Below, piece by piece: positions 63,114 to 64,000 of a stretch of DNA of 64,000 nucleotides (its first letter is position 1; each line of letters starts with the position of its first letter). Source of the stretch: Vulcanimicrobiota bacterium (GTDB taxonomy: Bacteria > Vulcanimicrobiota > Vulcanimicrobiia > Vulcanimicrobiales > Vulcanimicrobiaceae); the NCBI GenBank assembly GCA_963820825.1, contig CAWGBN010000008.1, forward strand, positions 576,001 to 640,000, read 5' to 3'. Position numbers and translations under genes: made by a program. The notes beneath the pieces are model-generated. The model ran no database searches. It worked only from the letters and a program-made list of their open reading frames with translations, and was not told where the DNA came from.

Positions 63114-63273
63114 CGCGGGTGCACTACGCTAAGTGACGCGCGGATGCCCGTCAGCCGGCGATGACGGCGATGCATCCAATCTGACTGCATTGGCGCTGGA
63201 AAGGGGAGTGCCCCCTGAAAAAGCGAACGAGCTAGCCCTTGGCTGGGCTAGGCTTGCAGCCGAAGGAGGAAGT

Positions 63274-63735
63274 ATGTTCGCCATGAGACTGGCCGCGTTG
63301 GCCTTAGTCATGACAGCCGTTATTTGGTTCCCCGGAACGGCAATCGCCTCGGATTCGAGCGACGTGATGGCGACGGTAAATACCGCCATCGCGTCGTTTA
63401 ACAAGGGGGACGGCAAGACGTGGTTGACGCTATGCACCGCGTCAGCACCCGTCATTTCCAATATTCCGCCTTACCTATATCGCTCGTGCGCCGATTGGTG
63501 GAACTCCCATGTCGCGTCGGACAAAAAGAACGAGATCTCCGGTGAGAGAGTAACGCTTGCGAAAGCGTGGGACCTCACTATTACCGGCGATCGCGCTTAT
63601 GGTTCATTTCCTGCCAACCTCGTTTATGAGCAAAAGGGGAAGGCGATGAGCACGTCGGGTGTACTAACGATTGCGCTGCAGAAAACATCGGGCGGTTGGC
63701 TCATGACCGGCTGGTCGTGGTCGGCACACTCTTAG
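63274..63735 (+). CDS. Secreted NTF2-like protein
   Basis: RBS GAAGGAGG; signal peptide; ASFNKGD, GDRAY, GGWLM. Confidence 0.7.
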   Translation: MFAMRLAALALVMTAVIWFPGTAIASDSSDVMATVNTAIASFNKGDGKTWLTLCTASAPVISNIPPYLYRSCADWWNSHVASDKKNEISGERVTLAKAWDLTITGDRAYGSFPANLVYEQKGKAMSTSGVLTIALQKTSGGWLMTGWSWSAHS

Positions 63736-63805
63736 TCGGGTGCGGCAACCCGACGAGCTGCAACAAGTAGCCTTCTGAACGACGGCGATCACCGCAGATC
63801 GCGGA

Positions 63806-63840
63806 AGAAGGCGCGTGAGCCAATCGCGAGCGCGCCTTCT
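63806..63840. terminator. Possible terminator hairpin between convergent genes
   Basis: AGAAGGCGCG...CGCGCCTTCT 10-bp stem; weak U tracts. Confidence 0.4.
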
Positions 63841-63853
63841 AAAACATCTCGGA

Positions 63854-64000
63854 TTATTTCTCTGCTGCGACCGCGCCGAGCGGCAGGTCGAAGTTGCCCG
63901 TAAAGACCGCAACTGGTGAACCGCCGGCCGGGTACTTGAAAACCTCGCCGCCGTCGTTCCCCGCATCGCCGCAGTAGACAAGGCCCTTCACGATCCAGGT
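63854..64000 (-). CDS. C-terminal part of a secreted beta-propeller family protein (runs off the window)
   Basis: Manual translation TWIVKGLVYCGDAGNDGGEVFKYPAGGSPVAVFTGNFDLPLGAVAAEK then stop; resembles the end of 42640-43632 (IYCGDAG...YPGG). Confidence 0.7.
   Translation of the reverse strand, partial: TWIVKGLVYCGDAGNDGGEVFKYPAGGSPVAVFTGNFDLPLGAVAAEK

Overview
GC-rich bacterial chromosomal segment with about 65 tightly packed protein genes. I found no rRNA, tRNA, CRISPR array, integrase or transposase. The repeated secreted beta-propeller lipoproteins and the PDZ-membrane-GAF protein suggest Candidatus Eremiobacterota (Vulcanimicrobiota); this is an inference, not a demonstration. Main content, in order: an RDD/SpoIIM/DUF58/MoxR/DUF4350/DUF4129 cluster; an XRE-NTPase-TPR regulator; a run of secreted peptide and amino-acid catabolic enzymes, including a circularly permuted D-amino-acid oxidase; convergent ackA and xfp; katG with a divergent Fur-family gene and a candidate operator; a tauD-permease-thrC-like operon; a motif-complete copper nitrite reductase (nirK); a low-GC DUF4231/SLATT-like gene; and a DEAD-box helicase followed by a zinc-ribbon gene. 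The most notable signal is the helicase. Its conserved N-terminus has no ATG/GTG/TTG and it appears to start at ATC, behind a multi-hairpin leader that abuts the ribosome-binding site. Clustered frameshifts (about 2.2-3.55, 11.2, 36.9-37.15 and 41.97 kb) are probably sequencing or assembly indels. All product calls come from motif recognition; no database searches were run.
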